Notes: generated by a model not told the origin, from the letters alone. Positions 11,310-22,809 are shown, counted from the first letter of the stretch. The stretch is DNA of 64,000 nt from Eukaryota sp. TZLM1-RC (GCA_040285825.1 JAUPSS010000010.1:1114881-1178880); one strand, 5' to 3'. A program made the numbers and translations.

Positions 11310-12104
11310 TTTGTAAATAAATTTATATAAAAGATAGAAATTTCAAAAATCAAACTTCAATTGTACAATCCAAAACTTTTTTCTTTTTTCAACTGTTTGT
11401 CCATTTTTTGCTGAAACCTTTATTACTACGTCTAAAAGTAATAGACCTAGATCAACGTGAATAAGGTTCTTTACAACACTATTAATTTTTTAATATTTAA
11501 TTTCAACCGTTTTAAATCATATGATTAAAATGGAATTTGTTCAAACTCCTTAGTTCATCACATTATTGTGTTTGTTTGTGGTAATTCTAGAATGATTGGA
11601 TAAAGGAGAACAGTTTCATGTTCTATTATAGCGACTCAGAAAACAACTGTAATAAAAACGGACAAACAAAGGGATCAGTGTGTGGTTTGAGTGTTGAATA
11701 GGGGTTACCCGCAGGTATGCTCTAAAACGAAAATAAAAGGGCTAGCAAAGAGATTGGTTCCGTGGCATAGTTACAGATTACGTCAAGACTAACAATGATT
11801 CTGTGATGTTTTGGTTTTTTGTCAACAATTGACTAATCATAATCTTAGCAAAAGATTCATCTTAATGACCCACAGGAATTCTCAGGAATTCTTTATATTC
11901 TTTCTTGATATTGCGTACAAAGGTGCATCCTGTTTTTCTTAAGTGTCCTCAAATTATAAACAACCACAATAAACCACAATCTCCAATGGCTATGCTTTTT
12001 ATCTAAAATCATTCTGGTAAGGGAAAATCTGCAAATCCACAACATGTATCAAAGATATTTTCATCTGGTCAACAAACAATTCATCAATTGATTTAATTAT
12101 ATTA

Positions 12105-13690
12105 ATTTATTGAATTTGCACACTTGATTAAATTAAATCATAACTAATGGGACGACTATCATTAAACCAAGATTTCCTCTACAAAATCTTGATTTGCTTG
12201 CTGTCTAGCTAAAGCTTCTCTAATTCGATTGAAAAACCGTGGTAATCTATTAATAATGGCAAATTGAATCCGTGAACGCCATAAAAAAATATCAAATCTT
12301 TTCATTGTTTTTTCTTTCACCATTTTTTGGAAGTCATCCAAAAAAGTTTCTGCTTCAACTGATAATCTTCCATTTATCGAAAATGGGAAAGCAATAAAAA
12401 CCAGCTGTGTATTTCTATCGATATTTGCATCTTCAATTTCTTTATCATATTTTTTATGTTTTTCTTTTGCTTTAAAATCCAGAGCAGCCACAGGATTAAG
12501 TTTTCTTCTGTGAACCAAAGTATCGTTTGCAACATTACATGAGACAAAGTCAACAATAGCTTCAGAATTATCAATCCAATCACAGTATACATCACCTCTA
12601 TCATCAGAACCAAAATTATTCAGAGAAAGTGTTTCTTTCAGCAGGGGCTCTTTGATACACGATATCCTTGCAGTTTGTGCCATATTGAAAACAGTGTCTC
12701 TAACAGCATCATGTAATGAAGAACGATAAGTTATCAATTTAGAGCAATTTAGAGCATGGCGCAAAGTGAGTTGAGGTGAATTCGAACAAATACATTTTTT
12801 CTTTTGATAATAATTGGTTAATGGGGATGTTCAAATATAATCTCATTTTTGTTACAAATGCTTCATTAGTAGCACACAATCCAAATCTTCGTGGTACAAT
12901 GGTTACAAAAAGTGAAGAATCTGACACCTTGTTTTCACAAACACCCTTTTCCAATAACAATGAGTGAAGATCTTGATTTAAAACAGCCGAGCTGCAAATA
13001 TTATTATAAAGATCTTTTTCATACATTCCAGTCAATCTTTTCTGTAATGTTCGAAGAGTGTACTTCAAATTTAAAACATTTTTTTCTGGAATATTGCCAT
13101 TGAATGATTGGGGAAAACATCGACCCCATTTTTCTACATCAATTCTTGAAATTTCTTCATTTAATGCAAAAACAGTGGAACTTTGCGTTGTCATCAATAA
13201 ATCTTCCCAATCTGCAAATCTTTCGGAGAACTCAAAGATTGCATTTCTGCATCCACCAACAAAAAGCACACGAGGTAAGAATAGAAGCCTTCGACCACCC
13301 TAAACCACCATATTGTGGACTAAGGTAAGCATGATCTGGAATTTGAAACATTTTACATCCCAGTAATTGAGACAGAACTTTTGCACGTAACTCATTAAAC
13401 TTTTGAGCCAAAGGTCTAGTGACGAGAGGATTTGTAGATCGAAATATATGATTAAAATTGGAACTAAAACACAGTCTTATAATGGTAAATTTGATGTGTT
13501 TTTTTATATCTAAATTCATCATTCGGTCAATTTTGTCAGAAATTGAGTTCAACTTTTCAAACAATTTTTTGGTAATTTCATCATTATTTCCTAAAAACGA
13601 ACCCAAATGACGAATAGCATCAATTGAATATAATTTGGCTTGAATTTCAATATCATCAATTATTGTGGAAACTGGAGAATTCGATAACAA
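12105..13690 (-). mobile_element. Non-LTR retrotransposon family A (CRE-like, RLE clade), 5'-truncated or internally deleted, frameshifted
   Basis: RT end HLGSFLG, thumb LSPQYGGLG, CxC...HALNC zinc motif, RSSLHD, RLE-like GDVYCDW..IVDFVS..K.KEKHKKY, FIAFPFSINGRL; near-identical copy at 54660-56020. Confidence 0.85.
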
Positions 13691-14859
13691 ATTGATTTAT
13701 GAATTCTCTATAAAAAATGGTGGCAAAAATTATAAAGATTTCGGATCAATCAATTTTGTGACGCTTGACGGAATGCTTGCTCTGTGAATATTAGTATTGT
13801 CAATAAAATGCTCAACTCTTACACACGAGATGCAGTTGTAGCATCTAAAACCATTAAATTTTTGTGCGGTATTTCTTGGATGACAAAGTTGTTCTTCGAT
13901 GCTAAGCAGTTCATCCAAGTGTTTCAATCTCAAAATCAACCTTCTCATGATTACAATATCTTTTGTTATGCAAATTTACAGCCTCATTATTTGTCAAAGT
14001 ATTCCTAGTCGATCATGAGTCTACCTTTTCTTTAAGTATACTCGTTTCACAGTAAAAAAAACAATCACACCATATGGAATTTCATTGAAGGAAAAACTCC
14101 ACAAACTAAACAGGAGACTTCTCTTGCAATGAATATGGTTACATGTAACTTCTCACTTCAAATACTCGCTTGGAGACCTTTCCACAACGCATTGTTTCCA
14201 CCTATCCTCTGTGACGATAATAATGATTGGTAATCTAGATTGATTTTGCCTTTAATTATAGTATTTTTTGAATACATGATATAATTGATAAAAAACAATA
14301 ATTTGCAAGGACTGAACACCCCGTGCACACTGCCATCATGACAGGACCAGTTTGAGTTTTATTTTCAATTATGATTCATTAGTGGCTAAAATGTGATAAT
14401 AATATGAATTCAATTCATAACCACTATTTTTCCCAAAACTACTTTGTTATGTATACCGTGCTGAAAACAAATCTTGAAAGAATACAACAAAATTGGAATT
14501 TGGAATTGACAAACCATTAGTGAGTGGGTGTAAAGTGGCATGAAATGTGTATTCTGTAAAGTGGTTGTTAGCATATTTTGGATAAACATAGACAAACATT
14601 TTAGACAATGGATGTACAAAATTCGTTCTTCATAGTTTTTGTTTTAAATAATGAAACCAAATTAAAAAATGGGTGATGTTGACAAGGACAAGGGCATTAA
14701 ATTTCCATTTTTCTTATTCATTATTGGTGGTCAATTATTGCACTGGAGTTTAGTTCAATTTTAAATGAGTTTAGTTCAATTTTAAATGAGTGAATATGTA
14801 GCTTTATTGTTTCTTGGTCGTTTCTTTTGAAAAACAAACTTCCAGTAAATTGTTTTTGA

Positions 14860-15200
14860 TAATGATATTGAAGAGGCTGTTGCTGATAGAAATACACAGC
14901 TAGTTTTTATTGCTTTCCCATTTTCGATAAATGGAAGATTATCAGTTGAAGCAGAAACTTTTTTTGAATGATTTCCAAATAATGGTGCAAGAAAAAACAA
15001 TGAAAAGATTTGATATTTTTTTATGGCGTGCACGAATTCAATTTGCCAGTAATAATAGATTACCTCGGTTTTTCAATCGAATAAGAGAAGCTTTAGCTAG
15101 ACAGCAAGCAGATCAAGATTTTGTAGAGGAAATCTTGGTTCAATGATAGTCGTCCCATTAGTTATGAATTAATTTAATTAAGTGTGCATGTTCAATAAAT
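14860..15200 (+). mobile_element. 3'-terminal fragment of retrotransposon family A
   Basis: Near-identical to the 3' end of the other copies, ending in ttagttatgaattaatttaattaagtgtgcatgttcaataaat. Confidence 0.85.
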
Positions 15201-15427
15201 ATCAAATGAGCTCAATGAATAGTTTAAAATAACTACCCAGATTAATGAATTGTCAATTTTATCCAGATTAACCCCCAGTTTTGAAATTATATTTGGTTGA
15301 AAAAAGTCAGTCTTAATCAGTTCAATAACAAAACTTAAAATATGTAAAGTCAAAATCCATTTATCTACAAAAACAATTTAATTAAAGCTTATTTACACAA
15401 TCACATTCTAAAAAAAGAAAAAAAGAA

Positions 15428-16630
15428 TCAAATCTTTGCCCCGTAGAATGAATTAGCCTTTGCTGAAGCAGCAATGAGGTCCATTCTACTTTTAAGTTTT
15501 CTACTCAACTTCCCCAACACCTTGGCCACAGTATTGGAAAAGTTGAGATAAGGAGTCGTTATGGTAACTTGCATCTCCTTATTGCTTTCATCATCAGCTA
15601 CATCAGTCAAATGCTTCAAAAAGAGCTCCAAGCAGTGACTCTCATGGCCAACTCCAGCAAAACCAGCTTGAATAGTGGGAAGAACAAAAGTATCAGTATC
15701 CAAGTTCTTTTTAGCATGAAAAGTAGAAATTAATTCCACTAAATCCCTTTTCAGTTCCTTCTTAAACTTAACTGGTCTACGTACAGGATTGGTACGAGGG
15801 GGTACAATGGAAGGAAGCCCTCCATCTACACCACACAAAGTGGTGTAAGAGTGAGTGGAGAGAACCTCATAAAGAGCCAAGTACCATTCCGCTAACTGGG
15901 GAGTTGCGTTGAAAATGAAATAACGATCTTGTTTTCCTGAATCTGGTTCAGAATTGTCATGACTTCCGGTCAGATAGTCGCTTGAAAGGTTAGCTCCGGA
16001 AACTATCACGTCATCATCAAAAACATAAAATTTAGTGTGTAAAACCCCAAATAGTTCAAAGATACGGGTGATACTGCTGAGGTAAGGGAACAGAGGGACA
16101 TGGAACAGCTTGAGAGAGAAGTTGTTGAACCGCAACAGTTTGTCAAAGAGCTCCACACAACACTTTCTGCCCTTCTTGGATTGACCAAAACCACGCAGGG
16201 AACGTCTGTGGTCAAAGACAAGGTGCACTTGAAGATCTGGATTACGTCGAAGGGCTTCATACAGAGCATCTATAATGGACTGTTCAACTTCACTAGTACC
16301 AAAGTAAAGGGCACTTATGTAGATGCGGTGCTTAGCATTGCGAATAGAGTCGAGAATATGAGTTCGGAACTCTTTCGGCGAGGAAAGAATGTCAACATTG
16401 TTTGAGTTGACAGGAATAATGGGACAGTGTTTGGCAAGAGATGAAAGGGTTGAGGCTACTACATTGTCATTCTGTTCTTCTTGAAATCCAAGAGAAGAAA
16501 CAGTCTTCCTTTTTGGGAAGACTAGAGGCTTAACATAATGTTGTAGAATGGTGAACCATATGAAGAGAAAGACAATACTAGAGGTGACTGCTGCCAGCAT
16601 TGGAGAAAAATGGAGAAAATTTAGTTTCAT
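15428..16630 (-). CDS. PGS1: N-terminal part of PGS1 (first HKD motif); stops abruptly after ANSFYGAK
   Basis: ILSSPKEF...I..AKHRIYISALYFG, LHTKFYVFDD..IVSGANLSSDY...QDRY, TTPYLNFS, AASAKANSFYGAK; N-terminal TM helix; second HKD missing and found at 7648-8020. Confidence 0.85.
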   Translation of the reverse strand: MKLNFLHFSPMLAAVTSSIVFLFIWFTILQHYVKPLVFPKRKTVSSLGFQEEQNDNVVASTLSSLAKHCPIIPVNSNNVDILSSPKEFRTHILDSIRNAKHRIYISALYFGTSEVEQSIIDALYEALRRNPDLQVHLVFDHRRSLRGFGQSKKGRKCCVELFDKLLRFNNFSLKLFHVPLFPYLSSITRIFELFGVLHTKFYVFDDDVIVSGANLSSDYLTGSHDNSEPDSGKQDRYFIFNATPQLAEWYLALYEVLSTHSYTTLCGVDGGLPSIVPPRTNPVRRPVKFKKELKRDLVELISTFHAKKNLDTDTFVLPTIQAGFAGVGHESHCLELFLKHLTDVADDESNKEMQVTITTPYLNFSNTVAKVLGKLSRKLKSRMDLIAASAKANSFYGAKI

Positions 16631-16962
16631 TAAAAACTTGAATCACTAAGTCTTTATTGAACTCAGAGAGAACTACGAATTGTTTATAGCTCAGTGTAAA
16701 TACTTCAAATATGGTTTTCTCATCACTGCAAGCACTCTGCAATGTTAATTTCTCTGCATAATAAAATTACAGATTCACCATGTTGTTGTACAACCAACAT
16801 CATCATTGTTTTACTTACATTAGTATAACGAATACGCATTTGGAGTTCTCACCACCTTTGTATATTCCAAAAAAACATTTAAATTGTCAAAACATCCTAG
16901 TAATCAATCGTTTATGAATCACAAATTTCCAGTTTGTCCGTTTCAACATCTGTCTCGATGTT

Positions 16963-18225
16963 ATGATAGTCAGCAGTACCCACTTCTTCTCTCGTAAGAA
17001 TCATCTTAACCGTTTGTTATCAGACCTTCGAACCAATAATGAACGTTCTGATCAGACCACTTTCTTCCCACACTCTTCTCCCATAATTTACGCCACACCA
17101 CCAATACTGGATCTTCCTACCCCAATTTCTCTTAATCCCAAAATAATTAAAAAGAGTGATAAAAGGAAAGCTTCCACCACATCTATCTATTCTGAATCAC
17201 GCTCCTCCCTCGAAAGCCCTTCTCCCAGACCATCTCTGCTCTCTGCTCTCCTAACAAATGTCCCTCTTCGCATTCGCAACAACCTTGGCAGGTACAGGTT
17301 CTTCATTCGCTTCTCTCACCCTGACTTGAATGATGGTGAAATCCCCCAAGTGTTGGATGAGGAACTCGATGCATCTTTGACTGCGGAACAAGTCGTTTAT
17401 TATCTAATTGATAAGATCAAAACTGAGTCAAACTCCTTTATTTTTGAGCCAATCATTGATCATTTTGACCTTTGGATTGCTGACTCTTCAGGTCATCCCG
17501 ATGAAGATGACGTTCCCATTGACCCTGATACCCGTTTAACTGACCTCCGCAATGTCTACGATTTTTGTTTGACTTTCTCTTCCTCACACCCAATCTGCCA
17601 GATATTGACGCTCAAAATAGACGTAGAAGGTGACGTTTTTTCCTACAAGGTCAACGGACTATGTACAGGAGCTTCCGTTCTTTGTCTACTTGAAGAAGAT
17701 GGGGTTGATGTAGGTGGAAGGGCGTTGGTTTTGGAGTTTGAAGATCAAGATATGAAGGAATCAGTCCACATCCCTCCTCTTGAAACTTTACTTTCGCATG
17801 GTAAGCCTTTGGGAGTCGAGTGTTACAATTTGAGTTTGGTTGTCCCCCAAATCATAGTTGACGTGATGCCGCAGTTTTTAACTGATGACACGTGTTTTGA
17901 TTATGTCGAATATGATGTGATTAAGACCAATTCGGCAGGTAGCAAACAAGTGCGTATTTTGGGGTTAGATTCCACCAGAATCCACAACATTTTACCCAAA
18001 GCTCAGGTGGTTATCAAGTATTTATGGAAGAGAAGGAAACCAGTCACACCATTCCGTCTGATTTCTGACCTAGTTGACGTCACTTTGAAAGGTAAGCGCT
18101 CTTTTCTTTTAAAATTCAAATCACCTAGAGGTTTAGTTGCCGTTGAATATGAAGCAAGATCGCAAAAAGATGCACTTGAGATTACCAACAAACTGAATTT
18201 TTTAATGAAAAAATCAAGTGATTAG
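16963..18225 (+). CDS. SIN1/Avo1-like TORC2 subunit (CRIM region plus C-terminal PH domain)
   Basis: LWIADSSGHPDEDDVPID resembles CRIM; YDVIKTNSAGSKQVRILGLDSTRIHN...YEA.S..DALEITNKLNFL resembles the SIN1 PH domain. Confidence 0.7.
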   Translation: MIVSSTHFFSRKNHLNRLLSDLRTNNERSDQTTFFPHSSPIIYATPPILDLPTPISLNPKIIKKSDKRKASTTSIYSESRSSLESPSPRPSLLSALLTNVPLRIRNNLGRYRFFIRFSHPDLNDGEIPQVLDEELDASLTAEQVVYYLIDKIKTESNSFIFEPIIDHFDLWIADSSGHPDEDDVPIDPDTRLTDLRNVYDFCLTFSSSHPICQILTLKIDVEGDVFSYKVNGLCTGASVLCLLEEDGVDVGGRALVLEFEDQDMKESVHIPPLETLLSHGKPLGVECYNLSLVVPQIIVDVMPQFLTDDTCFDYVEYDVIKTNSAGSKQVRILGLDSTRIHNILPKAQVVIKYLWKRRKPVTPFRLISDLVDVTLKGKRSFLLKFKSPRGLVAVEYEARSQKDALEITNKLNFLMKKSSD

Positions 18226-18306
18226 TTAATATAGTTGCATTTTTTGGTGTTTTTTTGGTGTAAATTCGGATATTTTTATTTCCAATCAATCGTTTATTGC
18301 TTCACT

Positions 18307-19290
18307 CTACAAACCTTTTCTTTTTCTTCCGCTGCCTATTTGTTTATGGTATTCCAAGTATTTAAACCCAACATCTGCTCCTATAGACAAACCCAGACTA
18401 CCTTGTAAATCAGCTAATTGATCTTGAGAAAACTTGGTCACGTCATCCCCTAATTCAGAAAAAGAAAAAGGATCTGAATAAATACACAAGCAATTATTAA
18501 ATTGACACACAAGATTAAACATTTTTAGAATAAAAGTTTTTTGAAACATTGGCCAGGTAGGGGAGTGCTTTTGTTTTCTACTATGCGAATAAGTGGCTGA
18601 AACAAAACAAACTTCTCTGCAAGGAAAATCTTCTGGAATACGCAAATCAAAACCCAAAACTCCTCTTCCGTTTGTTGGTACAATTTCTGGGAATAGAACG
18701 AGTGGAGATCGGTTCTTCTGGGCTGTTTTCAGTGCTGCGGTAAGGGTTTGAGGGTTAGGGCGTTGGAGGAAGGGAAAGGTCCACTGTAAAAGCAGACGAG
18801 AGAGAGAATAGCTGTGAACTAGGGTGGGGTTGTTGAGAAGAGGGAAAGCAAAAAAGGGAGAGTGCTTAAGGGAGAGGACCAGGGGATCAAGAGGAGAGGA
18901 GAAGGTTGAAAGGAGTAAAGTTTGAGGTGATATATGGGGAGGTTTAAGATTAGGTTCCTGACCAAAGACTTGCTCTCTGTTGGATTTGTACTTTGGGTTT
19001 GGGCATCCTAGGAGAAACAGTAATGCTTTTAGACCTATAGTGTGTAAGTAGCGAAGGACTATACGTTGGCCAAAAGGAAGAATTCGAAATAGTTTCGATG
19101 TTAGATACGCTATGTGTAACCACATCAATATGATACAAAACAACACAAATCGAGTCCCGTTGAAACCGAGTCTGAATGGAAACTTTATAATACGTAGAAG
19201 GATAGACTCCCTACCACTACCAGGTGTAGTGATCTCTGTGAATGGGTTCACATCTGTGTTGGGATCAGCAAACTCTCGATATTTTTCCAT
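18307..19290 (-). CDS. Lysophospholipid acyltransferase-like protein (PlsC fold, LOA1/VPS66-like)
   Basis: MEKYREFADPNTDVNPF N-terminus, SSPLDPLVL and PLVLFPEIVPTNGRGVL motifs. Confidence 0.7.
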   Translation of the reverse strand: MEKYREFADPNTDVNPFTEITTPGSGRESILLRIIKFPFRLGFNGTRFVLFCIILMWLHIAYLTSKLFRILPFGQRIVLRYLHTIGLKALLFLLGCPNPKYKSNREQVFGQEPNLKPPHISPQTLLLSTFSSPLDPLVLSLKHSPFFAFPLLNNPTLVHSYSLSRLLLQWTFPFLQRPNPQTLTAALKTAQKNRSPLVLFPEIVPTNGRGVLGFDLRIPEDFPCREVCFVSATYSHSRKQKHSPTWPMFQKTFILKMFNLVCQFNNCLCIYSDPFSFSELGDDVTKFSQDQLADLQGSLGLSIGADVGFKYLEYHKQIGSGRKRKGL

Positions 19291-19982
19291 GCAGTAGTGT
19301 AAGGTATTGTAAATTTGACAATCGCCTTCAACTCATGAATTACGGCTTCTGGTTACCACTCCTTCAGGGATCAGCAATTGCAGATATGTTAAGCATGGCA
19401 GCTTTCTCAATCTCAACTCCTGCTGCTGCTGAATTTACAATTGTTAATATGATAAGTTAATAAACGATTACATGTAGTGATGAGCTTCTTTTGTCTATCA
19501 TAAAATCTGGGATTGTTTACTCCGAAAGAGGTATCAACATTTTTAAAAAATAAAACCTTTGAAAACAGTAAAAGTTGACATTAAATATATCAAATACAAC
19601 AATTTCGTGCAATAACACAATTAAAATGAGTCTTTTCAAAGACTTTTGTCATTGTTCTGCAAACCAAAAACAAAAAATTTCACATATCTACCAAATGAAG
19701 TTAAACGTTTTGTTGAGATGAAAGTTCCATTAAAATGTTTTGGCTGGTCATATAAACGACTTTTAATATTGATTTAAATCAGCATGTGTGGTGTAGACAC
19801 AGAAGCTGATGAGCTTGTATGGAGATCGTCTTCCTTCAAAAAAAAGAACTCTTAGTTACCGGTCATGAATTTGTTCCGATACCACGAGAACACAATAAGA
19901 AGACAAGAATGCAAAATTGATAATCAAGGAAAGAGTTTGCAAGGTATTTCAAATCTGGATGTAACTGATTAACTTACAAAAA

Positions 19983-21074
19983 TCATTTATTTAAATAACA
20001 GGGAGGGACAATCTCAGAATCAGACCTCTTCATTCTGGTATGATTGTTAAACTCCCTACATATACCATCATTACAATAGCGAAGGACAAACCCCCTTCTT
20101 GAGACCACAAACGAGGAAGTTGATAAACACCATGACAATGCGTCTCTTTCATAAATTATACATTCACTCATCCCCACCTGGTCACTGCTTACCTTGGTGG
20201 CGTCAGAAGGAATTAGAGTCATGAGGAAGAATGTCCTGCACTCCACTGTTTCTTCCAAACAGGAACCATTAACATTTCTATATAGCACATCGTTTTTGCA
20301 AACGAAAGACTCATTATCCTCGATAATGAGGTCATCATGATTTGGTAAGCGACTGTATGTTCCCTTGTTGAATTGGAAAGAATGGTAAATGCTCTTATCG
20401 TGAAACTCTAAACTAACTAAAGAGTTGTTTAATGATGTGGATTGATGTAATGTAAATAAAATGAAAACTAAACCAACAGCTGACAAACCAAATCTAATGA
20501 ACTTCTTGATAGGAAGGGTAAATGAATGACAAAACAAAAAAACACAAAAAACTAATGCAAAATAATAATATAAAACTAAAAGAAAAGAAGAACACATAGA
20601 GCGAGTGAGTAAAGTACCAGCTAATCTAATTACACTGAAACTTAAAAGCAATTTGTCTGATAAGGCGAGTACAAACTTGGAAATAGAGGAGGGATCTATG
20701 AGTGAGGCTTCGGGATGAGAAACAGAACGAGGGATTGCACGGTGAATGAAAACTAAACAGATTATGTAAACGATGAGAAATGAAAGTAAATGCAGAATGA
20801 ATGCCGATGAAAGTGGGCAAGAAAAGAGAAGGTAGAGTAGGACGGAAGCATCAAACAGAGCACTTGGTAGAAAGAGGTACAAGAAAATGAAACGCGAGAC
20901 TAAAGGGGTTACTTTTCTTAGAAGATCGGCAGAGCGAGGAGATTCAAGATCATTGAACGATAATGAAGACCTCAGAACTACACTAGGAGTATCAATCCTC
21001 TCTAGAGAAAACGTTGTGCTGAGAGGAGGAATGGCTAGATCGCTCATCAACCACCTGTGTGTGTCACTTGACAA
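19983..21074 (-). CDS. Hypothetical multi-pass membrane protein with Cys-containing C-terminal domain
   Basis: Long ORF with about 5 hydrophobic segments; no recognised motif; true start probably at the first ATG (MSDL). Confidence 0.55.
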   Translation of the reverse strand: MSSDTHRWLMSDLAIPPLSTTFSLERIDTPSVVLRSSLSFNDLESPRSADLLRKVTPLVSRFIFLYLFLPSALFDASVLLYLLFSCPLSSAFILHLLSFLIVYIICLVFIHRAIPRSVSHPEASLIDPSSISKFVLALSDKLLLSFSVIRLAGTLLTRSMCSSFLLVLYYYFALVFCVFLFCHSFTLPIKKFIRFGLSAVGLVFILFTLHQSTSLNNSLVSLEFHDKSIYHSFQFNKGTYSRLPNHDDLIIEDNESFVCKNDVLYRNVNGSCLEETVECRTFFLMTLIPSDATKVSSDQVGMSECIIYERDALSWCLSTSSFVVSRRGFVLRYCNDGICREFNNHTRMKRSDSEIVPPCYLNK

Positions 21075-21489
21075 TTAAAATTTGGTCGATTGTTCTATTT
21101 TTAGAAAGCAACTGCTATGAATTCACACATGATTCCAGGATTTGACTTCATTACTATCAAAGTGGCAGGTGATTCAGAAATATCTATCACATGGAAAGTT
21201 TTTGTGGTTTAAACAATGTCAAAGAAATGGATGTTGCCTCATCGATTTCTACCAAAAAGTGGTCGTTGTTTCTTTGTTTTTTTTAAATAATTATTGTTGT
21301 AGTCAGTTGAGATGCAATTCAATAAGTTTTTCATCATTTATGGAAAATTTTTGTTCTCTGATTGTGTTTGTTTCCATAATGAACAACGTCATATGTATAA
21401 ACTAACATAAATCAATGAATGACCAAGACACTGTTTCTGAAAACCAGAAAACCATCAAAAATGACACGTAAACATGACGAAAAGTAGGT

Positions 21490-22274
21490 TTTTTTTGGAA
21501 TTGGAAAAATTTTATTTTTGAATTTTTCCAAAGGTTTCCTAATTATGTTCATCTGATTCATGGTGAATCAAATTTTTAATTGAATAAACTTCAAATTGAA
21601 TTGAATAATTTGCCGAGTGAAATCTGGATTCAGTGTTTTCCTCAAAATGTTCAAAAAATTCCCACCCGATCACTTCCAAATTTACGTTTTTGCCTGAAAA
21701 AGCTTCAGAACCATCTAGGTAATTTATATAAAGGCTCGGATTATGAAGTAAGACTTGGCTTGGCCAATATTAAAAATCCCGCTTTCGGTAATTTTTCAAA
21801 GGATATTCGTGATGGTTCTACTGCTGCTTTAGTAACTCAAATTCCCTCTGTTTATGGACTTTTGTTAAAAAACAATGAATGGCTTTTCAAACATGCGTTT
21901 TCGTTGTTTTCTGTGGCCAAACAATTTGACCAATCATTCAACCTGTCAATGTGGTAAACCTCTTTTGTTTACTCATCTTTTGAACTGTAAACATTTCATT
22001 ACATTTAGAAGCAAAGTGCATAATAACGTCAGGGACCAAATTTCTGTAATGTGCAAATCATATCGAGTAGATTCCTTTTTAGACGCCGTGTCTATTGACC
22101 CTTGTAATTCCACCAACGAACATCTCATTAACTCGGATGCAAATAATCCTCTTCTTGCAGGCGAAAAATGTAAGATTGCTAAGTATGCGAAACCCATTTC
22201 CTCAGTGAATGAAAATTCTCATGTAAAATATAATTCATGTCCCTTTGTTTTTTCTTTGCTTGGATTTTTAGGTA
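21490..22274 (+). mobile_element. Retrotransposon family B fragment, frameshifted and broken off at 22274
   Basis: CQCGKPLLFTHLLNC zinc motif, RSKVHN, KIAKY, CPFVFSLLGFLG; similarity stops right after ttaggta (compare 42601-42620 FGFLGTT). Confidence 0.8.
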
Positions 22275-22809
22275 GTCAAAGATGACATAATGTTACAACA
22301 TGAAGAATTTGTGATACGCATTTTATCTGCCATATGCATACGGCGTATGACATTAAGTGTAGCCTACATAGTTTAAACACAATATTAAATTCTGTTCATC
22401 TATATGATTGTTATTGCTTGCAAATAATTCCGGTATAAACAATAGATACAAAAAATGCGCAAATACATAAAAATACTGATTTTCATAGGTATGGTCCAAA
22501 TCAATCAAGTTCTGAAACCTCAACTGCCTCCTCCCTATTTTTCCTGATGAGAAATGGATCCAATTATTTTTAACCCTGTTGCAGTTAAGGAGGGAATTTC
22601 AGTTTAATTTTCCTTGATGGGACTTTATGTGCTTTCCAAATCTCACCTAGACTGAAATTACTGTTATAGAGGGTCAGTATCCAATGAAGAATTGCTGAAA
22701 TTTTTGGGATCTAAATGTTGTTGCAGATAAGATTTGATATCAGGTTTGGAGGTTGTAGATATGAAGTTTTCACTGTGAATTTCATCGGAAATGCATACAT
22801 CAAGTAGCA

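Noticed and set aside
11660-11810. GC-richer intergenic patch as snoRNA or tRNA
   Set aside because: No convincing cloverleaf, C/D or H/ACA layout could be established by eye
12785-12810. Programmed frameshift between the RT-thumb and zinc/RLE ORFs of retroelement A
   Set aside because: The copy here has one extra A and the copy at about 55350 one fewer A in the same A-run; opposite indels point to homopolymer error or decay
14746-14790. 21-bp direct repeat as a target-site duplication
   Set aside because: The two copies are adjacent and do not flank an element; simple tandem duplication
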